Under the pieces are notes generated by a model. The model was given only the letters and a program-made list of their open reading frames with translations, made no database searches and was not told the DNA's origin. From a virus (taxonomy: Duplodnaviria > Heunggongvirae > Uroviricota > Caudoviricetes > Straboviridae): a DNA stretch of 64,000 bases. Made by a program: the position numbers and the translations under genes. This document shows positions 45,386-52,353 of the stretch, in pieces. Numbering within the stretch: the stretch's first letter is position 1; every line of letters begins with the position of its first letter. Location: positions 23,740 through 87,739 of the IMG/VR virus record IMGVR_UViG_638275429_000001. The stretch is one strand, 5' to 3'.

Positions 45386-45461
45386 TGGTACACCGTCTGA
45401 GATTCGAACTCAGAACCAACGGATTAAAGGTCCGCTACTCTGCCAATTGAGTTAACGATGC
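45386..45461 (-). tRNA. tRNA-Lys (anticodon TTT)
   Basis: acceptor GCATCGT/ACGGTGT (2 wobble) + A + CCA; D-arm ACTCAATTGGCAGAGT; anticodon arm GCGGA-CCTTTAA-TCCGT; T-arm CTGAG-TTCGAAT-CTCAG. Confidence 0.65.
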
Positions 45462-46025
45462 TCTTAAAAACTGTCTATCTTTATTTCTTTCGGTATTAAA
45501 GATTCGCAAAACGTCATCGAGCTGAGTTGAAGTGTTATCTACCCACTCGCCGTTTGCACCAAACATAAAATGCAGTTGTTTTTCTGTCTTAAAGCGGTCA
45601 TGGGTAAAGAAGTATGTTTGAATTTTATAATCACGAAATGGCGAATAACTTTGATATGTAGCCAATCGGTCGTATACTGATATGGTGCTGCCAATTTTAA
45701 AATGTCCAGGCCAAGCCGGATTGGTTAACACATATACATAACCTTCGCGAATACTAGAAGCTTTACCTAATCGATTATATTTAACATTTAGTAATGATCT
45801 ACGAACGTAGTTCAATTGCGAGCAAACACTCTTAATATAAGATGAGTTTTTGCGTAAAAATGGCAACTTAGTTGTGCGATATATGTGATTGAAGAAAATT
45901 CTTTTAACGAGATCATCTGTTATTTCAAAGTCGTAACAAGCGCACTCAAGTTCTAGATAAGTTGAATATCGAGCAATCACATCATTCATAATAAATTTCC
46001 ACAATTTAGTGCAACGGAATTCCAA
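45435..46025 (-). CDS. T5orf172/MUG113 (GIY-YIG-like) domain protein, putative homing-endonuclease-like mobile gene in tRNA cluster
   Basis: 196 aa; C-terminal GYVYVLTNPAWPGHFKIGSTISVYDRLATYQ matches T5orf172 signature (GxVYxxxN...KIGxT....R). Confidence 0.5.
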   Translation of the reverse strand: MEFRCTKLWKFIMNDVIARYSTYLELECACYDFEITDDLVKRIFFNHIYRTTKLPFLRKNSSYIKSVCSQLNYVRRSLLNVKYNRLGKASSIREGYVYVLTNPAWPGHFKIGSTISVYDRLATYQSYSPFRDYKIQTYFFTHDRFKTEKQLHFMFGANGEWVDNTSTQLDDVLRIFNTERNKDRQFLRASLTQLAE

Positions 46026-46064
46026 CCAGTATTGGTTATGTTACGGTAATTCCGATGCGAAATT

Positions 46065-46147
46065 TGGTGGAACGCCTTGGACTCGAACCAAGAATGCCAG
46101 AGGCGAGCGGGTTACAGCCGCTTGGGATACCATTACCCGAACGTTCC
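46065..46147 (-). tRNA. tRNA-Tyr (anticodon GTA), type II
   Basis: acceptor GGAACGT/GCGTTCC + A + CCA; anticodon arm AGCGG-CTGTAAC-CCGCT; long variable arm; T-arm CTTGG-TTCGAGT-CCAAG. Confidence 0.7.
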
Positions 46148-46160
46148 AATAAATTGGTTT

Positions 46161-46246
46161 TGGCGGTGATGACTGGACTCGAACCAGTATAGAGGAAATT
46201 CCTCGCGGATTAACAGTCCGCCGCTCAACCTCTGAGCCACATCACC
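46161..46246 (-). tRNA. tRNA-Asn (anticodon GTT) with unusually long (17-nt hairpin) variable arm
   Basis: acceptor GGTGATG/CATCACC + G + CCA; anticodon arm GCGGA-CTGTTAA-TCCGC perfect; extra arm GAGGAATTTCCTCTATA; T-arm ACTGG-TTCGAGT-CCAGT. Confidence 0.5.
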
Positions 46247-46327
46247 CCAAAATCAACTTGTTTTAATCGATGAGATAATCTTAAACTATCTCCAGCAATT
46301 CTGAACATCAAATGCTTCAGAATTAAT

Positions 46328-46412
46328 GGTTGCTGGAAGGATTCGAACCTTCGAGGTCTTTCAACCCGTCCCGTTTCCAGGGACCGCCTTCAGCCACTCG
46401 GCTCACAGCAAC
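46328..46412 (-). tRNA. type II tRNA (Ser/Leu class), anticodon loop TGGAAAC (GAA/GGA ambiguous)
   Basis: acceptor GTTGCTG/CAGCAAC + C; 3-bp D-stem with 11-nt loop; anticodon stem GTCCC/GGGAC; variable hairpin GGGTTGAAAGACC; T-arm GAAGG-TTCGAAT-CCTTC. Confidence 0.5.
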
Positions 46413-46482
46413 ATAATTTGTCATCCACTCGGTTCACCCCAGAATCCCGGAGATGCTGGCGCATGCGAACATGGATGGTGTT

Positions 46483-46576
46483 TGGCGGAAGCTATCCGAT
46501 TTGAACGGATGGACCGTATTCCTACGATCGCTAGTTTTCAAGACTAGTGCAATAAGCCAGACTCTGCCAAGCTTCC
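46483..46576 (-). tRNA. tRNA-Ser (anticodon TGA), type II
   Basis: acceptor GGAAGCT/AGCTTCC + G + CCA; anticodon arm CTAGT-CTTGAAA-ACTAG perfect; long variable arm; T-arm ATCCG-TTCAAAT-CGGAT. Confidence 0.7.
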
Positions 46577-46766
46577 TGAATTCTTTTCAAATCTAAACAC
46601 GTCCTACGTCACTAGGCTGAGAGTTCTGTCCGATTAAGGCTTGCTCCAGGAAAACTACAGCTTCTCACTGTTTATCCCATTCAAGACTGAATGCGTGTTT
46701 TGATTTGATAAGATGATAATAAACTATTTCTAGCAATCCTGAACAAATGCTTCAGGATTTTGAATT

Positions 46767-46850
46767 TGGTAGGAGAGGAGGGACTCGAACCCTCAATCCC
46801 GAAGGCGGGAGGTTTTAAGCCTCCTGTGTATGCCGTTCCACCACACTCCC
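46767..46850 (-). tRNA. tRNA-Leu (anticodon TAA), type II
   Basis: acceptor GGGAGTG/CTCTCCT (1 mismatch) + A + CCA; anticodon arm GGAGG-CTTAAAA-CCTCC; variable arm CGCCTTCGGGATT; T-arm GAGGG-TTCGAGT-CCCTC. Confidence 0.65.
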
Positions 46851-46994
46851 ACAAATAACTCCAGGTGCTCGGGTCTATACTTCCCCGTTTACCGAAGCCC
46901 AGTCCATCCGCCGTAACTTAATCGGTTCAATATTAAGGATGTAACCGCTTCGCTTCCTTACCGCATCGCACCGACCTTTTGTTATTTCGTATAT

Positions 46995-47186
46995 CTATTT
47001 ATAACGATCTGGCAGATGAATTATTGCCCTAGAACCACAAACGGGGCAACCTGGCTGTCTGTTCAATAGACCTTTCACCTTTTGCCATGAACACTCCCTG
47101 AGTGTCCAGGTTTTACCACAACCCCAGCAAACGTTTTCAAGGTCATGCAGCCGTTCAGCGTATCGAGTAATGTCACGATTCGTCAT
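46995..47186 (-). CDS. zinc-ribbon protein (63 aa)
   Basis: CWGCG...CPVCG. Confidence 0.45.
   Translation of the reverse strand: MTNRDITRYAERLHDLENVCWGCGKTWTLRECSWQKVKGLLNRQPGCPVCGSRAIIHLPDRYK
46997..47004 (-). promoter_or_regulatory. T4-type late promoter core TATAAATA (minus strand) upstream of tRNA cluster
   Basis: exact TATAAATA on minus strand; only exact match noticed by eye. Confidence 0.3.
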
Positions 47187-47613
47187 TGTCGTACAGTCTC
47201 ATAACAATATCGCATTTTTCATCTGGTTTTTCACCGCGGCATCGCGCAAAATGAGGATACTCGAAGGTCAAACCGGTTCCTGGAATCTGGCTATCATGAC
47301 CAGCATAGCATTCCATAAGAGTCTGTTCAAGACAACAGCTCATCATCGAGATGAAGAAACCTTTAAGCTCAGGTGGCACTTTGATGGTGACAATACTGTC
47401 GTCAGCGATTTCATAAGGACCTTCGAGACCACCTGATGTTTTGTCGACCAGCTGACGAATACTGTTTGGAGCATCAAAATAGTCATTTCGATCAGATACG
47501 TTAGTTGAAGGTCTTTCAGAATAAACCCAAAGCTCGCCGTCAGCGTCAACAGCGTAATTGGTAAATTCGTCGTCAACTTCATAAGTTTTTCCGGCGTGTT
47601 CAAACTTTTTCAT
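47173..47613 (-). CDS. hypothetical acidic protein (146 aa)
   Basis: ORF. Confidence 0.45.
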   Translation of the reverse strand: MKKFEHAGKTYEVDDEFTNYAVDADGELWVYSERPSTNVSDRNDYFDAPNSIRQLVDKTSGGLEGPYEIADDSIVTIKVPPELKGFFISMMSCCLEQTLMECYAGHDSQIPGTGLTFEYPHFARCRGEKPDEKCDIVMRLYDNDES

Positions 47614-47859
47614 CTAAATCTCCTCCGCTATCAATTCCAACTGTTTTTCGAGTTCGTCTTTGTCAGTGTTCCAGACCAAATTCTCTTGACCATTGTGTAT
47701 GTCTTGGGCGTATGGACACAGATCCCAATACACAGTTGATTTGAATGGGATACTCAATATATCATCATCCCAGGAGTCAAAGCGCTCGTCTAGCCACTCC
47801 CGCAGTGATTCCCATGATTTAAACGTCTTTTCTTTGCCAGTAGGCGAAATAGTTTTCAT
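47614..47859 (-). CDS. hypothetical protein (81 aa)
   Basis: ORF. Confidence 0.4.
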   Translation of the reverse strand: MKTISPTGKEKTFKSWESLREWLDERFDSWDDDILSIPFKSTVYWDLCPYAQDIHNGQENLVWNTDKDELEKQLELIAEEI

Positions 47860-48275
47860 TCGTTACCCTCGCAATCAATGCCAATCGACTCGCTGCGCCC
47901 GTAATAGCGACCATCTGACACAAAACCTGCCGCAATGCAATGCCCGATATCATGACAATAATCGAATGCAATATGAACCATTGCATTAAGAACATCAACA
48001 TGATTGAGCTCTTTTGAGAAAATCGCCTCGATGGTCCTCGCATTGTCGCGGTCAATCAGAATCCGAACAAATTTGAATTCATGGTCAGGATCGATTGATC
48101 GTAGTGCAACAACGCCACGCGGCCGGAACCAATTATTGTAGCTGCCAGGGTAATAAATCTGAGTTGCTTCCAAAACTTCAACGGCTAATGTATGCTCATT
48201 GACTTTGTCACTCAACCCACTGATGTTCATGGAAATTTGAAAGGGATAGCCTTTTTCACACAGATCGTAGATCAT
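47856..48275 (-). CDS. hypothetical protein (139 aa)
   Basis: ORF. Confidence 0.45.
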   Translation of the reverse strand: MIYDLCEKGYPFQISMNISGLSDKVNEHTLAVEVLEATQIYYPGSYNNWFRPRGVVALRSIDPDHEFKFVRILIDRDNARTIEAIFSKELNHVDVLNAMVHIAFDYCHDIGHCIAAGFVSDGRYYGRSESIGIDCEGNE

Positions 48276-48287
48276 ATAACAATTTCC

Positions 48288-48500
48288 TCACAAGGTATAT
48301 TGATGCTTAGCTGCTACTTGACGGGCTGCCTTTTCCATACTGCGGAATTGCGCAGTGTCATTCTTGAAAGTGCAGTCGATAACTTGATCATTTTTGAACA
48401 TTATCCAGCACGAAATGCCGAAGCGGTAATGACCGCGAATCATGTCAACTTTTGTGATACCATTAACTTTAGCAATATGCTGCGGGTGGTAGATTTTCAT
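48288..48500 (-). CDS. hypothetical protein (70 aa)
   Basis: ATG 20 nt downstream of canonical PeSL with AAGGAG SD. Confidence 0.45.
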   Translation of the reverse strand: MKIYHPQHIAKVNGITKVDMIRGHYRFGISCWIMFKNDQVIDCTFKNDTAQFRSMEKAARQVAAKHQYTL

Positions 48501-48520
48501 TTAAATTACTCCTTGGTAGA

Positions 48521-48562
48521 TTTGATGGGACCATAGTAAACCATAGTCCCATCATTGTAAAC
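48521..48562 (-). promoter_or_regulatory. PeSL early promoter/stem-loop cassette (canonical copy)
   Basis: tttgatgggaccatagtaaaccatagtcccatcattgtaaac, identical to copy at 30589 except one base. Confidence 0.6.
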
Positions 48563-48564
48563 AT

Positions 48565-48825
48565 TTATTTTTTAATTTTTTCAGTCACTTTAATGTACGT
48601 GAATTCACATAATTTGCAAACCAGATAAATGGCTAGTGGCAGCCAAGCGCCTGCGATCATGCCATACACCTGCACGGCGCACAAGCTTCGGGCTGGCATT
48701 TTATAGTCTGGACGCTTCTGGCGCCATTCATCGAAGAAGGCAAAGCCATGTATGAGCACGTATACCATAACCGCGATTATAGAATATTGGACGCTCAAAA
48801 TAAACAGTTCAAACAGCAGATTCAT
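48565..48825 (-). CDS. small membrane protein (86 aa)
   Basis: hydrophobic helices. Confidence 0.4.
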   Translation of the reverse strand: MNLLFELFILSVQYSIIAVMVYVLIHGFAFFDEWRQKRPDYKMPARSLCAVQVYGMIAGAWLPLAIYLVCKLCEFTYIKVTEKIKK

Positions 48826-49322
48826 TAAAAGGCCTCAACAAAAGTCAATGGAAGTTTGGGAACGACATATTCTGTCGGGTTATAGTATACCTCGATGGTC
48901 TCAACAACGCGGATAAAGTCACTTCCATAACCAACAGCGTAATTTGAAATATGGTCAATGACATTGTCTCTCAAATCGTCAATATCAAAACCGCTATCAA
49001 ACTCTTCGGTTTCTTTGTCATAAACGTCCGCACTAAGGTCCAAGAACTTCTTGAACTGCGGTTCTAATCCAGGATTATCAATGAGAATTTCAACCAATTC
49101 AACGGCTATGGATTCAGACCAGCTGCTATTCCCGTAGTGATTTCCCTTAGAATGGCGACTCTCGAACAATGGTTTTACAAGTGCGAAAAATGTGGTGTCG
49201 GCTTCTGAACAACCGAAGTGAAAATGTGTTTTGTAGTCGTCGCCATCATTTTCCCAAGTTTCGATCGCAATGACGTAACCAGCCGGTATAATGGTTCCTG
49301 GTGTGAATTTAAAATTTTGCAT
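48825..49322 (-). CDS. hypothetical acidic protein (165 aa)
   Basis: ORF. Confidence 0.45.
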   Translation of the reverse strand: MQNFKFTPGTIIPAGYVIAIETWENDGDDYKTHFHFGCSEADTTFFALVKPLFESRHSKGNHYGNSSWSESIAVELVEILIDNPGLEPQFKKFLDLSADVYDKETEEFDSGFDIDDLRDNVIDHISNYAVGYGSDFIRVVETIEVYYNPTEYVVPKLPLTFVEAF

Positions 49323-49328
49323 ATTTCC

Positions 49329-49595
49329 TCACAGATTAACAATATCGATATGTTCCCAACCGTACAGGCCTTCGAGACTGTCGGCATCTTCATATGTCAT
49401 TTTTTGCACATACGTCAGCACTACGTCTTCGATGTAACCGTTACGCTCATTTTCTTGGACATGCTCTGGAAACGTTATCGATACAACTTCTTCGTTATTG
49501 TTTCCTCCAAACTGACCGGATATATCATATTCACACCAAATTTTGATAGTAGACGATGGTCGAAATTGCATAACAAGTTCTTGTTGGTCTGTCAC
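49329..49595 (-). CDS. hypothetical protein (88 aa)
   Basis: ORF. Confidence 0.4.
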   Translation of the reverse strand: MTDQQELVMQFRPSSTIKIWCEYDISGQFGGNNNEEVVSITFPEHVQENERNGYIEDVVLTYVQKMTYEDADSLEGLYGWEHIDIVNL

Positions 49596-49810
49596 TTTTT
49601 AGCTCCTATGGTATCAATGTACACGCGGTACGGAATAAGGTGGCAACATATAACTGTCGTGAGAACGACAATAACCTTTTGCGCTGGTGTCCACACAAAA
49701 TTCCAACGAAATTGTTTTGTGTAAAATTTTAACACGTTCACCGACAGAATAAAACATGCCGAGAGATACAAACTTATAACGATTATTGTAAAAGTCATAA
49801 AAACCTCCAA
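49592..49810 (-). CDS. small membrane protein (72 aa)
   Basis: two predicted TM segments. Confidence 0.4.
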   Translation of the reverse strand: MEVFMTFTIIVISLYLSACFILSVNVLKFYTKQFRWNFVWTPAQKVIVVLTTVICCHLIPYRVYIDTIGAKK

Positions 49811-49838
49811 TTACAAAAATGCCCTCCGAAGAGGGCAT
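49811..49838 (-). terminator. Rho-independent terminator
   Basis: ATGCCCTCTTCGGAGGGCAT + TTTTGTAATT on minus. Confidence 0.6.
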
Positions 49839-49845
49839 TTGGAAT

Positions 49846-50067
49846 TTACTCAGCTTCAACAAACCCGCCGTCCAGCAGTTTGGGTTCATGAACTACGAAA
49901 GAAACACAATCAAAAGGAACTTCGGCTACCAGGACGCGCTTTTCGCCTTCACCTTTAGTCAGTTGATAGAAACCTTGGGAAGCAGCCACATTAATGGAGG
50001 TTACGTCTACATGACGAGCAGTGGTACTCAGAACTTCGCCGGTGGTCAGAACGATTTGCTTTTGCAT
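49846..50067 (-). CDS. hypothetical protein (73 aa)
   Basis: ORF. Confidence 0.4.
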   Translation of the reverse strand: MQKQIVLTTGEVLSTTARHVDVTSINVAASQGFYQLTKGEGEKRVLVAEVPFDCVSFVVHEPKLLDGGFVEAE

Positions 50068-50095
50068 TTTTATTTCCTTTTGGATTGATTTAAGA

Positions 50096-50350
50096 TTAAC
50101 GCATTGTTTTAGGTCTAGCTACTCGTAGCCAGTTGGTATGAACTATATTATCATGAACCGTTTGACACTGAACACAATATGCTGTAGAAATAGCCATTCG
50201 ACGAGCTTCTGGTATCGGTTCGTCGCATTCTTCGCAAAACTCAGGAGTATCTCCTTTATACTGCGTTGACCGGATGAAATCCAGGGCATTGTCGAGCCCA
50301 GCGTTGATAGTCATATGTAGACCATTTTCAGGTCCAAATCCGACGGCCAT
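50096..50350 (-). CDS. DksA/TraR-family C4 zinc-finger protein
   Basis: CEECDEPIPEARRMAISTAYCVQC = CxxC-x17-CxxC. Confidence 0.55.
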   Translation of the reverse strand: MAVGFGPENGLHMTINAGLDNALDFIRSTQYKGDTPEFCEECDEPIPEARRMAISTAYCVQCQTVHDNIVHTNWLRVARPKTMR

Positions 50351-50415
50351 AAGTTGCTCCTTGTTGATGCTGAGAGCATACTAACATGGTTTTCGGCAAA
50401 AGTAAAACATTTTTT

Positions 50416-50446
50416 GATACAAAAAAATGCCCTCCGTAGAGGGCAT
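50416..50446 (-). terminator. Rho-independent terminator downstream of 57B/acb1-like gene
   Basis: ATGCCCTCTACGGAGGGCAT + TTTTTTTGTATC on minus. Confidence 0.65.
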
Positions 50447-50874
50447 CAGTCAGCATCAAGTGCTTCCATATACTCATGTGAGCTAACGATTGGAAATTCG
50501 TAAGAACCCATAAAAGATGAAGAGCCTACATCTTTAGCGATTGTGATATGAGGAATGTATTCGTCAAAGTCGTAAGATGCTCCTAAAAGCATACCTTGAG
50601 CGAATCGTTTATTCATGTGGCTGGATTCGAAAGCCAGAACCAAAACGTTTTTGGTTGGAGTCTCAAATACGCGTAATTCTGCGCTATTAGCTAACAGTGT
50701 CGGCATATCTGATGGAATAAACGGAATCTCTTCACGGCTATAAATGATGGTTGAGTGAAGTTCATCGCGAGGCACTGGATTAAAAATCGGCAGCGCCTCT
50801 TGAATCTTTTGGATTGCATCCAACGTTTCTTCACTAAACCGGCAGGCTACATATGTACCTACCGGAGTTTCCAT
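50446..50874 (-). CDS. 57B: 2H phosphoesterase at the gene 57B position; Acb1-like (anti-CBASS cyclic-oligonucleotide phosphodiesterase) candidate
   Basis: 142 aa; two H-x-T/S-x motifs (HSTII, HITIA) typical of 2H/LigT superfamily; located 57B-57A-1 exactly as T4 acb1. Confidence 0.6.
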   Translation of the reverse strand: METPVGTYVACRFSEETLDAIQKIQEALPIFNPVPRDELHSTIIYSREEIPFIPSDMPTLLANSAELRVFETPTKNVLVLAFESSHMNKRFAQGMLLGASYDFDEYIPHITIAKDVGSSSFMGSYEFPIVSSHEYMEALDAD

Positions 50875-51110
50875 TACTTGGTCTCTTCTTTAGCTGGTAC
50901 CAGAGCTTCAACAGCAGAAACGATGGTAGACAGTTCGATCGATTCGGCACCTTCTGCAGGCTGAACACCAACGATTTGAACGATCTTGGTCAGAGTTTCG
51001 GAGAACTCTTTAGCCTGAGCTTGGGTATTAGCCAGATGTTCGCCAGCGTCAAACAGACGGATTTTCAGGGAAGCGATCAGTTGTTGAGCTTGTTGCATTT
51101 CTTGGGACAT
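50874..51110 (-). CDS. 57A: gp57A tail-fiber assembly chaperone
   Basis: 78 aa acidic coiled protein adjacent to gene 1; same size/position as T4 57A. Confidence 0.6.
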   Translation of the reverse strand: MSQEMQQAQQLIASLKIRLFDAGEHLANTQAQAKEFSETLTKIVQIVGVQPAEGAESIELSTIVSAVEALVPAKEETK

Positions 51111-51123
51111 GGGAAGTTTTCCT

Positions 51124-51798
51124 TTATTTGATGTAGTTTATGAGGTTATTTACAACTTGACGGAGATCATCGATACTTCCGTCATTATTAATGACATGGT
51201 CGCCGCTTTGAATCGGCAAACCCTGTTCGGTTGAATGCATATCAACTCGAATTTCTTGATTATCGCGGAGAATGTGTACTACATGAGCACCTAAAGACCG
51301 CATCTCTTCCATTTCATGGTCTTGACGACAGTCTGTAACGACGATATTTTTGTGCGTTGGGATGAAATCGGTGAGATATTTCATCCATATACGTTTATTT
51401 ATTGCACATCCGATGTCGGTACCAAAAGTTTGCATAAGACGTCTGATTGACCAGGCTTCTTTATTACCGAGAACAACTTCAGCGATTTTGCCGGTGTGGG
51501 CATAGGTAAAATCAAAACCTTGATCGTCAGAAACAAGCATCCAGGCAGAGCGCATAATCCGGAAAACATCGCTATTCGAAATCGGCAAACCAGCTTCACG
51601 GTCATATCCAAGACCGTTGAAGTCGTCCATATTGAAATCTTGGACAAACATCGGCAATTTGCTATCTTCATGAATCGACAGATACAAGAATCGTTTAATG
51701 GGTTCTGCCAAAGCGTATTTGGTAAAACCATTTGAGACAAGAATATCGCCGACGGTATCTTTACCGCAGCGCTTTTTCGCGGATAATGCAATAATCAT
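51124..51798 (-). CDS. 1: gp1 deoxynucleoside monophosphate kinase
   Basis: 224 aa; ALSAKKRCGKDTVGD P-loop and ...VTDCRQDHEMEEMRSLGAHVVHI... matching T4 gp1 (SGVKRSGKDT; PDTRQDHEMDAARAMGATVIHV). Confidence 0.9.
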   Translation of the reverse strand: MIIALSAKKRCGKDTVGDILVSNGFTKYALAEPIKRFLYLSIHEDSKLPMFVQDFNMDDFNGLGYDREAGLPISNSDVFRIMRSAWMLVSDDQGFDFTYAHTGKIAEVVLGNKEAWSIRRLMQTFGTDIGCAINKRIWMKYLTDFIPTHKNIVVTDCRQDHEMEEMRSLGAHVVHILRDNQEIRVDMHSTEQGLPIQSGDHVINNDGSIDDLRQVVNNLINYIK

Positions 51799-51799
51799 T

Positions 51800-52327
51800 T
51801 TAGCCTCTTATTGGACGAACGAGCTGACCTTTACGCTCAATTTCAAAATACTTGAAAAAGAATGTAACGGTGAAATAAGCTGAAACATCGCCTTCTTCAG
51901 TGTATGAATATTCGATTTCGCCTATTTCAGATGGCCAAGCACCTTGGTAATTGAATGAAGCTACTATATCATGTTTTGAGTTACTTAGAACATGAAGCGT
52001 CACCCCAGGCGGTTGGCTTGTAGTTCCCCACATAGTCGGAGTTTGACGTGCATAATCGTTGATAGAAAGCATCCATCGATATATTTCGAAATAGGCGTCA
52101 TAGTCCTCATCAAGAAGAATACGAACTATGAGTGGATCGAATTCAGTCGTTGTACTCGGAATGTTCTGGCGTGCTGTTCCTTGTTCGCCCAATGGTAACT
52201 CTGTTGGAGGAATACGAAACCCCGGAATTGATGCCTGTTGCACGTTCATCAATGCGACTTTTATGCCTGCTGATGCTGGTATGTCTAACAGGAAGTTAGT
52301 TATGTTTGATTGATTGTTTAAAGCCAT
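51800..52327 (-). CDS. 3: gp3 tail completion / sheath stabiliser
   Basis: 175 aa, position between genes 1 and 2 as in T4. Confidence 0.6.
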   Translation of the reverse strand: MALNNQSNITNFLLDIPASAGIKVALMNVQQASIPGFRIPPTELPLGEQGTARQNIPSTTTEFDPLIVRILLDEDYDAYFEIYRWMLSINDYARQTPTMWGTTSQPPGVTLHVLSNSKHDIVASFNYQGAWPSEIGEIEYSYTEEGDVSAYFTVTFFFKYFEIERKGQLVRPIRG

Positions 52328-52353
52328 AAAACCACCTTTAATTAAAAACTTAA

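Noticed and set aside
46306-46312. MotA-box-like TGCTTCA motifs (aaaTGCTTCAg) at 46306 and 46756 as middle promoters
   Set aside because: They lie on the plus strand where no genes are encoded. They form the 3' arm of the covarying trailer hairpins, so the resemblance is probably coincidental.
20831-48562. Possibility that the 42-bp repeats are a CRISPR array
   Set aside because: Copies are kilobases apart with genes between them. They are internally palindromic and carry promoter-like boxes and an SD-ATG downstream. No regular short spacers are present.
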